Assembly: GCA_001772615.1 (NCBI GenBank) | Contig: MEUZ01000003.1 | Span: 109,698-173,697, forward strand | Reading direction: 5' to 3' | Source of the DNA: a candidate division WWE3 bacterium RIFCSPHIGHO2_01_FULL_40_23 | GTDB lineage: Bacteria; Patescibacteriota; WWE3; UBA101185; 2-01-FULL-41-18 | Length of the DNA: 64,000 bases | Shown here: one piece after another, positions 30,054 through 39,924 of the stretch | Layout of the letters: the number at the start of each line of letters is the position of its first letter | Numbering within the stretch: position 1 is the first letter of the stretch | Translations under genes and position numbers: made by a program | The notes under the pieces: model-generated | What the model saw: the letters and a program-made list of their open reading frames with translations, nothing else | Database searches by the model: none | What the model was told of the DNA's origin: nothing

Positions 30054-32258
30054 ATGGCCCAGAAAAAAGTACTTCTAAAAGAACGCTTAATACTTTCCTA
30101 CATTTCAGTAGTTTTCATTTCACTTTTTATTTCCATACTCTTTTCTTACACTCTTTTTATCCTTACCGTTAACAAAAGGCTTGATCCTGAAATTACAGGT
30201 GCCAAAGAGACAATGGAGGGGAGAATTTCCGAACTTATGGAAAAATCATTGATCTTCACGGATATTATCTCGCGCGAAAAAGAAGCTCTTTCATTCCTAA
30301 AAAATGAACTTTCAAGAGATGGGACTATTGAAGACTTAAGAAGATTTAACAGCAAAGCAGGTCTTGACATCCTTCAGATCCTTGATCAAAACGGGAAAGT
30401 TCTGCTAAGCCTTGAAAATCCTTCTGTTGAACCCTACAGCAAAATTAATGATAATCTAGTTCAGAAAGGTCTTAGAGGCTACAAAAACAGCTCCTTTCAG
30501 ATAGAAGACGGAAAGCCTTCAATTGTTTCCATCGTTCCCATTCAGGAAAACGGGAAAACATATGGTGCTCTCCTCGGCGGCTTCACCGTCACAAACCAAC
30601 TTCTTAATAAAATAGAAGGATCCCTTCATAAAAAGATTTCCGTTTTTGATCTCAACGGCTACCTATTCGCCACAACAATAGAAGATAAAAACGGAGTTAG
30701 AGTAAGTGATCAAAGAATAGACCAAAACACACTGATTAAACTTAAAGAAGGTCAAAAATTCGTTAGGGCAAGAGTAAATATAGAAGACATAAGATATAGG
30801 GTTCTTTATTCAATGATCGGGAACTTTGAAGGCAAGGACTCCTTCATAATTATGATTGCCCTTCCTCTTGAAACAATAATTGCGGATAATAACAGAACCA
30901 TCGGTATTCTCGTGTTTGCCAACCTTATAACTGTGGTAATCGCACTTTCATTTGCCATGAAAAACTCCAAAGACCTCATAGATCCCATTTACACCATAAA
31001 AAAGGGTACGGAAATTGTTGGATCTGGTAACCTTGACTACAAAATCAATGTCAGCACTGATGATGAAATAACAGATCTTGCTAACTCATTTAACGACATG
31101 ACTAAACGTATAAAAACTCTGCTGGATGAAGTTTCTGATGAAAAAAACATTGCTAGTACGGAAAGAAATAAATTCTTCACTGTTTTTGAGGGGGTTCTTG
31201 ATGGCATACTTACACTTGACTACGACAGAAGGATAACTCTTTTTAACAAGGCCGCAGAGGAAATAACCGGCCTTTCGTCAAAGGATGTTTTAGGAAAAAA
31301 GTGCGATGAAGTTCTTCTTTTCTTTAAAAACAAAGTAAGGCTTCCCTCATCGGAATTTTGCACCTTAAAAGAGGCGGACAAAGACCAGACAATCTTCTCC
31401 GACAATAACTTAAAACTTGTCACATCAAAGAAAGATCTTTTTGTTTCCCTGACAAGCTCGGTAATAAAAGAAGGGAAGCTTGCAAACCTGGGATGTATAC
31501 TTACTTTTCAAGACACAACCAGGGAAAGAGAGCTTGAAGAAATGAAGCTTGATTTTGTTTCTATGGCAGCGCATGAACTAAGAACACCTCTTACTTCAAT
31601 CAGGGGATACATTTCACTTCTGGAACCTAAAATTAAAGGAATAATAAATGAAAATGACATGAAATTTCTTGAAAGGATTGACATTTCGGCCTCTCAACTT
31701 TCAACACTTATAGAAAACCTTCTTGACGTTTCAAAAATAGAACATGACTCGCTGGAAATAGAAGTCAAGAAAGAGGAGTGGGTTGAAATAGTAGAGGCTT
31801 CCGTTGAAGGTTTTAAGGATCTTGCTAAAGAAAAAGAGATTAAACTTTCTTTCAAGGAACCAAAGTCAACTATTCCTCCCGTAGCCATAGATAAGTTTAG
31901 AATTTCGGAAGTCCTTTCAAATCTCCTTGCCAACGCGTTAAACTTCACGAACGAGGGCGGGGAAGTAACTGTTACTATAGGAATTGATAATGGCTTTATA
32001 AAAACAATAATAAAAGATACGGGATGTGGAATACCAGAAAGGGCCATCCCCCATCTCTTTACAAAGTTTTACAGAGTAACGGGGATTTTAGAAAAAGGCT
32101 CAAAAGGAACAGGACTTGGACTTTATATCAGTAAGTCCATTGTAAGCATGCATGGGGGTAAAATCTGGGTTGAGAGTAAACTGGGCGTTGGAAGTTCATT
32201 TTCATTTACTGTTCCGATTTTTAGTATGGCTGAAGCAACTAAAAGTTCTAGCTTATAG
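30054..32258 (+). CDS. Sensor histidine kinase with TM helices, an extracytoplasmic sensor, PAS, HisKA and HATPase domains.
   Basis: The H-box is HELRTPLTSIRGY, the N-box is NLLANALNFT, and the G-box is GTGLGLYISKSIV. Confidence 0.85.
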   Translation: MAQKKVLLKERLILSYISVVFISLFISILFSYTLFILTVNKRLDPEITGAKETMEGRISELMEKSLIFTDIISREKEALSFLKNELSRDGTIEDLRRFNSKAGLDILQILDQNGKVLLSLENPSVEPYSKINDNLVQKGLRGYKNSSFQIEDGKPSIVSIVPIQENGKTYGALLGGFTVTNQLLNKIEGSLHKKISVFDLNGYLFATTIEDKNGVRVSDQRIDQNTLIKLKEGQKFVRARVNIEDIRYRVLYSMIGNFEGKDSFIIMIALPLETIIADNNRTIGILVFANLITVVIALSFAMKNSKDLIDPIYTIKKGTEIVGSGNLDYKINVSTDDEITDLANSFNDMTKRIKTLLDEVSDEKNIASTERNKFFTVFEGVLDGILTLDYDRRITLFNKAAEEITGLSSKDVLGKKCDEVLLFFKNKVRLPSSEFCTLKEADKDQTIFSDNNLKLVTSKKDLFVSLTSSVIKEGKLANLGCILTFQDTTRERELEEMKLDFVSMAAHELRTPLTSIRGYISLLEPKIKGIINENDMKFLERIDISASQLSTLIENLLDVSKIEHDSLEIEVKKEEWVEIVEASVEGFKDLAKEKEIKLSFKEPKSTIPPVAIDKFRISEVLSNLLANALNFTNEGGEVTVTIGIDNGFIKTIIKDTGCGIPERAIPHLFTKFYRVTGILEKGSKGTGLGLYISKSIVSMHGGKIWVESKLGVGSSFSFTVPIFSMAEATKSSSL

Positions 32259-32796
32259 GACCTATTTTTGTGGGAGGCCAAAATCTTAAAAATACCTTGC
32301 CGTCAATCCTTCCTTCGGACAAAGGCCCAAAAACCCTTGAATCGGCCGAGTGCAATCTGTTGTCTCCCAAAACGAAATAATATTTATCCGGCACATCAGC
32401 AACAAGACTTTGCACATCCTTAGTACAAACAGAAGGAGGAAGGTACTTCTCCTCAAGCTGCACTTTTTCACCAGTTTTTAAAATTACCCTTACAAAACAG
32501 TCTTTAATTTCAACTTTTTCTCCCGGGAGGCCTATAATTCTTTTTACGTAGTCTATATTATTGTTTCCAGGCGGATTAAAAATAATTATGTCACCTCTTT
32601 TTAGCCTGTGAAATTTCGGCGACAACCTCTCAACAAGAAGTCTTTCACCCGTATAAAGAGTAGGCTCCATAGAAGCCCCAACAACAACCTCGGGAAAAGC
32701 CAAAAAAGCATATACGGCTAAAAATATAGCGAGAGAAATAGCAAAAGTTTCAATCATCTCGGAGAAAAGATTTAAGAATGACTTCATAGGTGACAA
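32248..32796 (-). CDS. lepB: Signal peptidase I.
   Basis: The catalytic Ser sits in GASMEPTL. The sequence also contains the box motifs GDNRLHSADSR and KRIIGLPGE. Confidence 0.85.
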   Translation of the reverse strand: MSPMKSFLNLFSEMIETFAISLAIFLAVYAFLAFPEVVVGASMEPTLYTGERLLVERLSPKFHRLKRGDIIIFNPPGNNNIDYVKRIIGLPGEKVEIKDCFVRVILKTGEKVQLEEKYLPPSVCTKDVQSLVADVPDKYYFVLGDNRLHSADSRVFGPLSEGRIDGKVFLRFWPPTKIGPIS

Positions 32797-32821
32797 TTAT
32801 AACAGGAGTTATAATGGATTT

Positions 32822-33565
32822 GTGAAACTTTTAAAAAGGCCAAAGGAATCACTAATCCTGCTTCTGACATTGATTTTACTTGTCTCCATGACATCTTTTT
32901 CAATTGTTCAAGTAATAACAAATCTTTTGGCGGGTGTTATCTCCTGCCTTCTCTTTGACGCTTTTTTTCTAAAACTAAGAAAGATTAAACTCTTTAAACT
33001 CTCCGCCGCATTTGCAACAGGTCTTATACTTGCCATTCTCATCTCACCAAGCGCGCCTTTGTATGTGTTTGTTACTGCTTCACTAGCTGCCATGTTTTCT
33101 AAAAATTTTATAAGGCTTAAAAACTTCCATGTTTTTAATCCCGCGGCATTCGGGGCTTTCACGAGCCTCATCATCTTTAATATCCCTATCTCATGGTGGG
33201 CAGTATCCTACTCTTTAACCCCTGCACTGATCACAATTATCGGTGTTGGGTACATTACAATAATAAAGTTAAAAAAACTTCCTGTTCTGGTATCCTTTTA
33301 CACTGCCTTGATAATTACGTTCCTTCTTTTAAATGTTCCTCTACAAGCTATTTTTGATTACACAGCAATCTTTTTTGTCTTCGTTATGCTATGCGAACCA
33401 ATGACAAGTCCTAATAAAAAGACCCTTCAACTTGCTTATGGAGGTTTGGCGGCTCTTCTTTCCTTTACCCTTCCAGCTGAACTTGTAAAAGACCCTGTGA
33501 TCTTTTCGCTTCTACTCGTAAATGGGATGGGATTTTACTTTGAAAGAGTAACTCAAAAGATTTAA
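32822..33565 (+). CDS. Integral membrane protein of unknown function (247 aa, about 7 TM).
   Basis: This is a hydrophobic ORF in an intergenic slot with good spacing. Confidence 0.45.
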   Translation: MKLLKRPKESLILLLTLILLVSMTSFSIVQVITNLLAGVISCLLFDAFFLKLRKIKLFKLSAAFATGLILAILISPSAPLYVFVTASLAAMFSKNFIRLKNFHVFNPAAFGAFTSLIIFNIPISWWAVSYSLTPALITIIGVGYITIIKLKKLPVLVSFYTALIITFLLLNVPLQAIFDYTAIFFVFVMLCEPMTSPNKKTLQLAYGGLAALLSFTLPAELVKDPVIFSLLLVNGMGFYFERVTQKI

Positions 33566-33575
33566 ACTTCAACTT

Positions 33576-36134
33576 TTATAAGCCTCTTCCATGGCAATTT
33601 TTGTATTTTACGGGAGTACCGTCCGGCTTCTTCCTGCCGCAGGGACAGGGATCATTCCTTCCAACCTTCATTATTCCTGATTTTACAGGCTCAACTTTAA
33701 ATCTACGATGCTCTGCCTCTTCCTCCAAAACTCCCGTCTCAAGCTCCCCATGCTTGAATTCAACACCTCTTTCAGGCACTCTTCTTGCTACCCCGGCACC
33801 TTTTATTTCTTCCGCTTCAACTTTAGCAAGCTGAACAAAACGGGTGGCTACAGAGGAGTATATTCTTTCAACTAGAGCTCCAAATCTTAAATGCCCCTCC
33901 TTTCTGTATTCCACAAGCGGATCTCTTTGAGCGTAACCTCTTAAATTAATCCCTTCCATTACATCATCCATATCATCAAGATGCTCTATCCAAAGCGTGT
34001 CTATAACCTCAAGAGACACCATAGTAATAACCCGTCTTACCAGATCCTTTGAAGTTTCCCTCTCTTTCTCATCAATAAGAGAAGTTAAATCTTCATCGGT
34101 AAACGGTTGAATCTTTGGAATTAACCACTCTTTAGTCCACGGTTCTTCCGAAATACCAAGAAACTTTCGCCTTAACTTATAAATCACAACCCTTTGCTGA
34201 TTCATCACGTCATCAAACTCCACAACTCTTTTTCTTATGTCAAAGTTATGACCCTCAACTCTCTTTTGGGCATTTTCTATGGCCGAGGAAACAATACCTG
34301 CCTCAAGAGGAGTACTTTCATCAAGGCCAAATCTATCCATAAGCTTTTCTACCGTTGCACCTCCGAAAATTCTCATTAAGTCATCCTGTAAAGAAACAAA
34401 AAACCTTGACGACCCGAGATCACCCTGCCTTCCTGACCTTCCCCTTAGCTGATTGTCAATCCTTCTTGACTCATGCCTTTCAGTCCCAATTACATGAAGG
34501 CCCCCAAGTTCCCTTACCCCATCTTGTTCTAAAGGCTTAGCATTTTCACCTCCAAGAATAATGTCAACACCTCTTCCTGCCATATTCGTAGAAACGGTTA
34601 CTGCACCTTTTTTCCCGGCTTGCGCAATAATTAAGGCCTCCCTTTCATGGTTTTTCGCGTTTAATATCTCATGTGGAACCTTTTTTCTTTTTAGAAACTC
34701 GTGAAGAATCTCGCTTTTTTCAACAGAGGTGGTTCCCACAAGCACAGGCTGACCTTTCTGGTATTTCTCTTCTATTTCATTTGCCACTGCTCTAAACTTG
34801 GAGGCCTCCGTTTTGTAAACAACATCCGTATGGTCAATTCTCCTTGCCGGCATGTGCGTAGGTATCACAACAACCTCAAGTTTATATATCTTATGAAGCT
34901 CTTCAGCTTCCGTTTCCGCAGTCCCTGTCATTCCCGAGAGTTTTTTATACATTCTGAAGTAGTTCTGGTAAGAAATTTCGGCTAAAGTTCTGGATTCCCT
35001 TTGTATTTCAACCCCTTCTTTGGCTTCTATTGCCTGATGCAAGCCTTCGGAATATCGGTTGCTTGGGAGAAGCCTCCCTGTAAACTGATCAACAATCACA
35101 ACTTTGTCCTCTTTAAGTACATAATCTTTATCTCTTTGAAACAGGGCTTTTGCCTTAAGAGCCTGCTCAACATGGTGCACTGTCTCAAAATCTTTCTCAT
35201 AAAGGTTATCCACGTTAAGAAGCCTCTCCACCCTTCTTATACCAAGGTCAGTAAGAACAACACTGTTTCTCTTTTCGTCAACTTCATAATCGGTTCCTCT
35301 GGCAAGATTATTCACAAGATTTGCTATCTCATAGTATTTCTGCGTTGATTCTTCTGCGGGAGCGGAGATAATTAGGGGCGTTCTTGCCACATCAATAAGA
35401 ATTGAATCGGCCTCATCAACAATGGCATAGTTGTGAACACCAAGGTCGCCATTTCGGTTTACTTGAACGAGTTCGCTACCATCTAACGCTCTATTATCTC
35501 TTAAATAATCAAACCCGAATTCATGATTTGTTCCGTATGTAACATCGCATTTATACGCCTCCGCTCTTAATACCGGTCTTAATTTTTTAGAGAGTGGATC
35601 CAGAAATTCTGGATTATCAAAAGAGGGGTCAAAGACGTACGCTTTTTCGGAAACTATAGCTCCAACGGTCAATCCAAGATAACTATAAATTGGCCCCATC
35701 CATCCTGCATGATGGGCTGAAAGATAATCATTAGGAGTAACCAGATGGGCTCCATCCCCCGTTAAGGCATTAAGATATAAGGGGGCAGTTGCGGTTAAGG
35801 TCTTTCCTTCCCCCGTTTTTTGCTCCGCGACTTTTCCTTGTGAAAGCGCAATTCCCGCAAGAAGCTGGACGTCAAAATGCCTTTTATTTATAGTTCTTTT
35901 CCCCGCCTCCCTTACTAAGGCAAAGGCCATGGGGAGAATTTTATCAAGGTATGCGTTTTTTTCTTCAAAACTTTTTCCTTTTAACTCTTCTTGCCACCTA
36001 GTTGTTTTTTCTTTTATCTCATTTTCACTTAAAGCGGAAACCTCCGCCTCTAAAGCGTTAATTTTTAAAACAAGCGGTTTTAATTTTGAAAGCTCTTTTT
36101 CATTTGAATCAAAGAGTTTACCCAGTAGTGTCAT
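33576..36134 (-). CDS. secA: Preprotein translocase ATPase SecA.
   Basis: The protein is 852 aa with Walker A GEGKTL and a DEAD-like DEADSILID motif. The C-terminal zinc finger reads CPCGRKKPDG...CHG. Confidence 0.95.
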   Translation of the reverse strand: MTLLGKLFDSNEKELSKLKPLVLKINALEAEVSALSENEIKEKTTRWQEELKGKSFEEKNAYLDKILPMAFALVREAGKRTINKRHFDVQLLAGIALSQGKVAEQKTGEGKTLTATAPLYLNALTGDGAHLVTPNDYLSAHHAGWMGPIYSYLGLTVGAIVSEKAYVFDPSFDNPEFLDPLSKKLRPVLRAEAYKCDVTYGTNHEFGFDYLRDNRALDGSELVQVNRNGDLGVHNYAIVDEADSILIDVARTPLIISAPAEESTQKYYEIANLVNNLARGTDYEVDEKRNSVVLTDLGIRRVERLLNVDNLYEKDFETVHHVEQALKAKALFQRDKDYVLKEDKVVIVDQFTGRLLPSNRYSEGLHQAIEAKEGVEIQRESRTLAEISYQNYFRMYKKLSGMTGTAETEAEELHKIYKLEVVVIPTHMPARRIDHTDVVYKTEASKFRAVANEIEEKYQKGQPVLVGTTSVEKSEILHEFLKRKKVPHEILNAKNHEREALIIAQAGKKGAVTVSTNMAGRGVDIILGGENAKPLEQDGVRELGGLHVIGTERHESRRIDNQLRGRSGRQGDLGSSRFFVSLQDDLMRIFGGATVEKLMDRFGLDESTPLEAGIVSSAIENAQKRVEGHNFDIRKRVVEFDDVMNQQRVVIYKLRRKFLGISEEPWTKEWLIPKIQPFTDEDLTSLIDEKERETSKDLVRRVITMVSLEVIDTLWIEHLDDMDDVMEGINLRGYAQRDPLVEYRKEGHLRFGALVERIYSSVATRFVQLAKVEAEEIKGAGVARRVPERGVEFKHGELETGVLEEEAEHRRFKVEPVKSGIMKVGRNDPCPCGRKKPDGTPVKYKNCHGRGL

Positions 36135-36177
36135 AACTTTCGTATTCTACAACTCAAACGCCTTTATTTAAACTAAT

Positions 36178-36930
36178 CTAGTACAAAAAATAGAGGACTA
36201 CAAAAGCAAGGATAACTCTATATATAATAAAAACTGATAAGGACTTCGCTTTCAGAAAGTTTATCAGGAATTTAATAGCAAGAAGTCCTGAAACAAACGA
36301 GGCCAAAATACCAGCAAAGTAAGGCGCATAACCTATAGAAGCTATAAAAGATGATGTCGTAAAAAGCTTAAAAAATGCAGCAGCTAAAACTGCAGGTGTT
36401 GACAAGAAAAATGAAAACTTTGCTGCGTCCTCCCTCTTAAGTCCACCTAAAAGTCCCCCTGAAATAGTAACACCTGACCTTGAAATTCCAGGAAGCAACG
36501 CCAACGGCTGAACAAATCCCATTATTAACGCGGTTTTTAAATTAAGCTTCGTTCCTTTTTCCAGTTTTCCCGCCGCATATTCAGCTAAAACCATTATTAA
36601 AGAACCAATAAGCAGAAACACAACTACCCAAAAAGCCTCCCTGAAAAAATTCTCCACCGGCCCATCAAGAAAAAAACCAACAATCATAACAGGAAGAGAA
36701 CCGGCTGTAAGATAAAGAGCCATCTTTCTATCCATTTTCAGAAAATCTCTGGCAAAATAAACAAAGACGGCTGCAGCTGTACCTAAATGCAGGGATGTGT
36801 CAAAAACCAAAGGAGATTTCCCCCAGTCAAAAAACCAAGGGATAAGCAAAAGGTGGGCTGTTGAGGATATAGGTAAAAACTCCGTGACACCCTGAACTAA
36901 ACCTAAAATGACCGCCTGGAAAATGCTCAT
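36178..36930 (-). CDS. uppP: Undecaprenyl-diphosphate phosphatase.
   Basis: The sequence MSIFQAVILGLVQGVTEFLPISSTAHL belongs to the BacA/UppP family. Confidence 0.85.
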   Translation of the reverse strand: MSIFQAVILGLVQGVTEFLPISSTAHLLLIPWFFDWGKSPLVFDTSLHLGTAAAVFVYFARDFLKMDRKMALYLTAGSLPVMIVGFFLDGPVENFFREAFWVVVFLLIGSLIMVLAEYAAGKLEKGTKLNLKTALIMGFVQPLALLPGISRSGVTISGGLLGGLKREDAAKFSFFLSTPAVLAAAFFKLFTTSSFIASIGYAPYFAGILASFVSGLLAIKFLINFLKAKSLSVFIIYRVILAFVVLYFLY

Positions 36931-37616
36931 GAGTAGCCATAAATTATAACATTATCCGAATTAGTTTTTCCCGCGACAATAAGAGATCTCACTTCCGAAA
37001 AATATTCCGAGACATTTTCAATGAAGTTATTTACATCATCCTGATGGTGCTTTAAATAAATCCTATTAAACACAGCTAAGCCGTTTGGGATAAGAAGCCT
37101 TTTAATTCCTGAAAAAAAACTTCCCGAATTTCCAAGTTCAGGATAAACTTCTCCAACAAAAATATTTGTGATAACGCAGTCAAATTCGTTCGGGGAAAGA
37201 CCAAACTCCTCTGGGCTTGTAACAACTCTTAAGGCATCATCAGTGATAATTCTATGGTTTGGTATAGAACCTACGTCAAAATACTTTCTGGCTATTTCAA
37301 CCATAACCGAATCAAACTCAACGCTGACAATGGAAACACCTTTGTGTCTTTCGGACAGAATCCAAGGTATAGCGCCTCCCCCAAGCCCAAGAAGTAAAAC
37401 ATGACTCGGTTCTCCTAAAGACTCGGTTATTACATCAACAATCCTTCCCCAATACATTCTCCCAGCAAGGGGAGAGCCGCGGTTAACCGATTGTGTAACT
37501 CCGTCAGCAATAAGCCTCCTTGTCTTGCCCTTTTCCAAAACCTTGATTTTACCGTTTAAAGGAGATGTAGTCTCAAAAACCACCTTGGGAGGAGTAACAT
37601 CGGAAAAGACAGTCAT
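36927..37616 (-). CDS. Spermidine-synthase-like (PABS fold) methyltransferase-family protein.
   Basis: The sequence contains VLLLGLGGGAIPWIL...VEFDSVMVEIARKYF. Confidence 0.55.
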   Translation of the reverse strand: MTVFSDVTPPKVVFETTSPLNGKIKVLEKGKTRRLIADGVTQSVNRGSPLAGRMYWGRIVDVITESLGEPSHVLLLGLGGGAIPWILSERHKGVSIVSVEFDSVMVEIARKYFDVGSIPNHRIITDDALRVVTSPEEFGLSPNEFDCVITNIFVGEVYPELGNSGSFFSGIKRLLIPNGLAVFNRIYLKHHQDDVNNFIENVSEYFSEVRSLIVAGKTNSDNVIIYGYS

Positions 37617-38950
37617 CAGGATATTTCTTTCTTACCCATCAGTTTTTGCAACGCTTCAGGCACTTTTATAGTACCATCCTCTTTCTGGTAATTGTCAAGG
37701 ATAGAAATAATCATTCTACCCATAGCGCAACCCGTGTCGTTTACAGTATGGGCGTATCGGGTACTTCCTCCATCCTTAAATCTAATGTTTAATCTTCTTG
37801 CCTGAAAATCGGTGGCATTTGTATCAGTCATTACTTCCATAAACTCCCTTTGGGAAGGAAGCCAAACCTCAGCATCATATTGCTTATGAGAAGCAAGGTA
37901 GCCCGCATCGGCACTGCATTTATTTAAAACTCTGTATGGAAGCTGTAACTGCTGCAAAAACCACTCATTTATTTCCCTCAAGTATTCCATAGTTTCATCA
38001 GAGGTTTCAGGAATAGTCACAACATCCATCTCAAGCTTATCAAACTGATGAACTCTTTTTATTCCGTAAACATCCTTCCCCCACGACCCTACTTCACTTC
38101 TAAAACATGATGTTAAAGCAAACATTTTATATGGAAGCTCCATCTTTGAAACTGTTCTATCCATAAAATAGGCAAAGAGAGGGGGCTCGGACGATCCTAC
38201 AAGATAAAGATTTTCTCTATTTTCAACATTGTCGCTTTCAATTTTATATACCTGGTCCCTTCCTTCAGGAAAATGACTGGTGCCGACTAAAACCCTATCC
38301 TTCACAAGAAGGGGTACCATCATTGGAACAAAACCTTCGGAAACTAACTTTTTCTTAAGAAGTGAGGCCAAAGCATCCTGCAGCAAAACCGCGTCATTTT
38401 TCAGATAGCAAAACCTGCTTCCCGACGTGATGGCACTTTGCTCAACATCTATCATGTCATGCATCTTTCCAAGCTCAATGTGATCCTTCATCTTAAAATT
38501 TGCTTCAGGCATGTATTTAGCTGCGCTATTTCCTTTTCCAAGTTTTTTCTTTGGAAGATATCCATCTAAGGGCGTCCACACAGCTAATTCCACATTATCG
38601 TCAGGACCGTCGCCTATTGGCATATTGGAACAGGGAATATTGGGAAGATATAAAAGCTTCTCATTTAATTTCCCTTCAAGAATTTTCAGATCATTTTCAA
38701 ATTTCTTTAATTCTATCTTCAACCTCAAAGCTTCCTTAATTAATTCCGCCCTCTCTTTAGCAACCTTTGTTTTTGAAACCTGTTCAGAGAGGCTGTTTCT
38801 TAAAGCTCTATGAGACTCAACGTGCGAAAGCATCTCAAGTCTTTGGTCATCAAGCTTTAAAATCTCATCCACATCCGTCTTTGCCTTCCTTACCCTAACT
38901 GCATATTTTACCTTGTCGGGAAAAGCTCTGATAAATTTAATATCAAGCAT
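37616..38950 (-). CDS. serS: Seryl-tRNA synthetase.
   Basis: The N-terminal coiled-coil arm is followed by a class II core (FRSEVGSWGKDVYGIKRVHQF, GRMIISILDNYQKEDGTIKVPEAL). Confidence 0.9.
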   Translation of the reverse strand: MLDIKFIRAFPDKVKYAVRVRKAKTDVDEILKLDDQRLEMLSHVESHRALRNSLSEQVSKTKVAKERAELIKEALRLKIELKKFENDLKILEGKLNEKLLYLPNIPCSNMPIGDGPDDNVELAVWTPLDGYLPKKKLGKGNSAAKYMPEANFKMKDHIELGKMHDMIDVEQSAITSGSRFCYLKNDAVLLQDALASLLKKKLVSEGFVPMMVPLLVKDRVLVGTSHFPEGRDQVYKIESDNVENRENLYLVGSSEPPLFAYFMDRTVSKMELPYKMFALTSCFRSEVGSWGKDVYGIKRVHQFDKLEMDVVTIPETSDETMEYLREINEWFLQQLQLPYRVLNKCSADAGYLASHKQYDAEVWLPSQREFMEVMTDTNATDFQARRLNIRFKDGGSTRYAHTVNDTGCAMGRMIISILDNYQKEDGTIKVPEALQKLMGKKEIS

Positions 38951-38955
38951 ATAGC

Positions 38956-39627
38956 TTACCTTTCAGCGTTAACATATATATTACAAAAGTATTCAAGGAG
39001 TCCTAAAAGATTGATGGATTTATAATAATACCTGCACGTCTTTCTAACAACTTCCCTCTCTTTAACACCCCCAAAGCCTATAAACATATCACATACCTGT
39101 CCGGCTCTAACGTCAGTCATCCCATCTCCAACAAAAACGGTCGGGCCGCTCACCGAAATTTCTTTCAACACTAACTCCTTGCCAAAATCCTCCGCTAAAA
39201 TAGACCCTTTGGCAATTCTCTTAAAGCTACCGCTTTTATCAAACTCAAGATCCACCCCATAAACATTTTCTCTTTTAACACCCGCGTAATCCGCAAAAAT
39301 ATCAATAGCCTCCTTTAAACCTCCGCTTGCTATGTAAACCTCTCCTCCAAGACTTCCAATTATTCCAAAAAGAGTTTTTACGCCAGGAAGTTTTGACTCA
39401 ATATATTTTTCCCCAAGAAGCTCCAAATCTTCTTTCTTAGGCTTAATCAGTGAAAGCCTTTCTTGCAGAGAATCCTTAAAGGGGGTCTCGCCTGTCATTC
39501 CCGATTCCGTGATCTTTCTTATCTTCATACTTATTTCCTCACTACAGGATAAACTGTCCAACCCCTCTATTGAGACAAGAGTGCTGTCGCAATCAAAAAC
39601 GAAATTTTTAAAGCTTAAGGTAGTCAT
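38956..39627 (-). CDS. HAD-superfamily phosphatase (phosphoserine-phosphatase-like).
   Basis: Motif I is FDCDSTL. The sequence also contains GDGMTDV. The gene sits upstream of serS in the same operon. Confidence 0.65.
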   Translation of the reverse strand: MTTLSFKNFVFDCDSTLVSIEGLDSLSCSEEISMKIRKITESGMTGETPFKDSLQERLSLIKPKKEDLELLGEKYIESKLPGVKTLFGIIGSLGGEVYIASGGLKEAIDIFADYAGVKRENVYGVDLEFDKSGSFKRIAKGSILAEDFGKELVLKEISVSGPTVFVGDGMTDVRAGQVCDMFIGFGGVKEREVVRKTCRYYYKSINLLGLLEYFCNIYVNAER

Positions 39628-39812
39628 ATTTCCCCATAAAAAAACCCTCCTGTATCGGAGGGGTCAAATGACGGTACCACCCTTTGTTTAACTTTATTCA
39701 CAGCTGTAACGGGCATCCCCGGAATCAGTTAGCTATCCAAAACTTTCTGGTTTTGGATGGGATCTGATCAGCTAAAGCAGTGGAAAACCTGCTCTTAACG
39801 CTTTTATATGTT
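39628..39812 (-). promoter_or_regulatory. T-box riboswitch leader, probably responding to tRNA-Ser. It controls the HAD-phosphatase/serS operon.
   Basis: The minus-strand RNA contains AAAGGGUGGUACCGUCAUUUGACCCCUCCGAUACAGGAGGGUUUUUUU. This comprises a T-box consensus (AGGGUGGUACCG) and an antiterminator with a 7-nt UGGUACC bulge. The terminator that overlaps it is CCCUCC-N6-GGAGGG followed by U7, ending 17 nt before the ATG. Stem-I candidates lie upstream, and UCA/UCC Ser codons appear in a large internal loop. Confidence 0.6.
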
Positions 39813-39818
39813 CCAATC

Positions 39819-39848
39819 TTTATACATGAAAAACCTAAAATCTGTCAA
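39819..39848 (-). promoter_or_regulatory. Sigma70-type promoter for the T-box leader: TTGACA, an 18-nt spacer, then TATAAA.
   Basis: The minus strand reads TTGACAgattttaggtttttcatgTATAAAgattgg. Confidence 0.45.
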
Positions 39849-39924
39849 GTTGATGCATAACAAGTAAAGGGATAAAATACCTCCATCAAAATCACGGCCT
39901 AATGGCCAAAAAAAGGAGACAGAT

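Noticed and set aside
39628-39924. SRP RNA, 6S RNA, tmRNA or RNase P RNA in the structured intergenic region.
   Set aside because: None of the conserved motifs of those RNAs is present. The T-box consensus plus the antiterminator/terminator arrangement fits much better.
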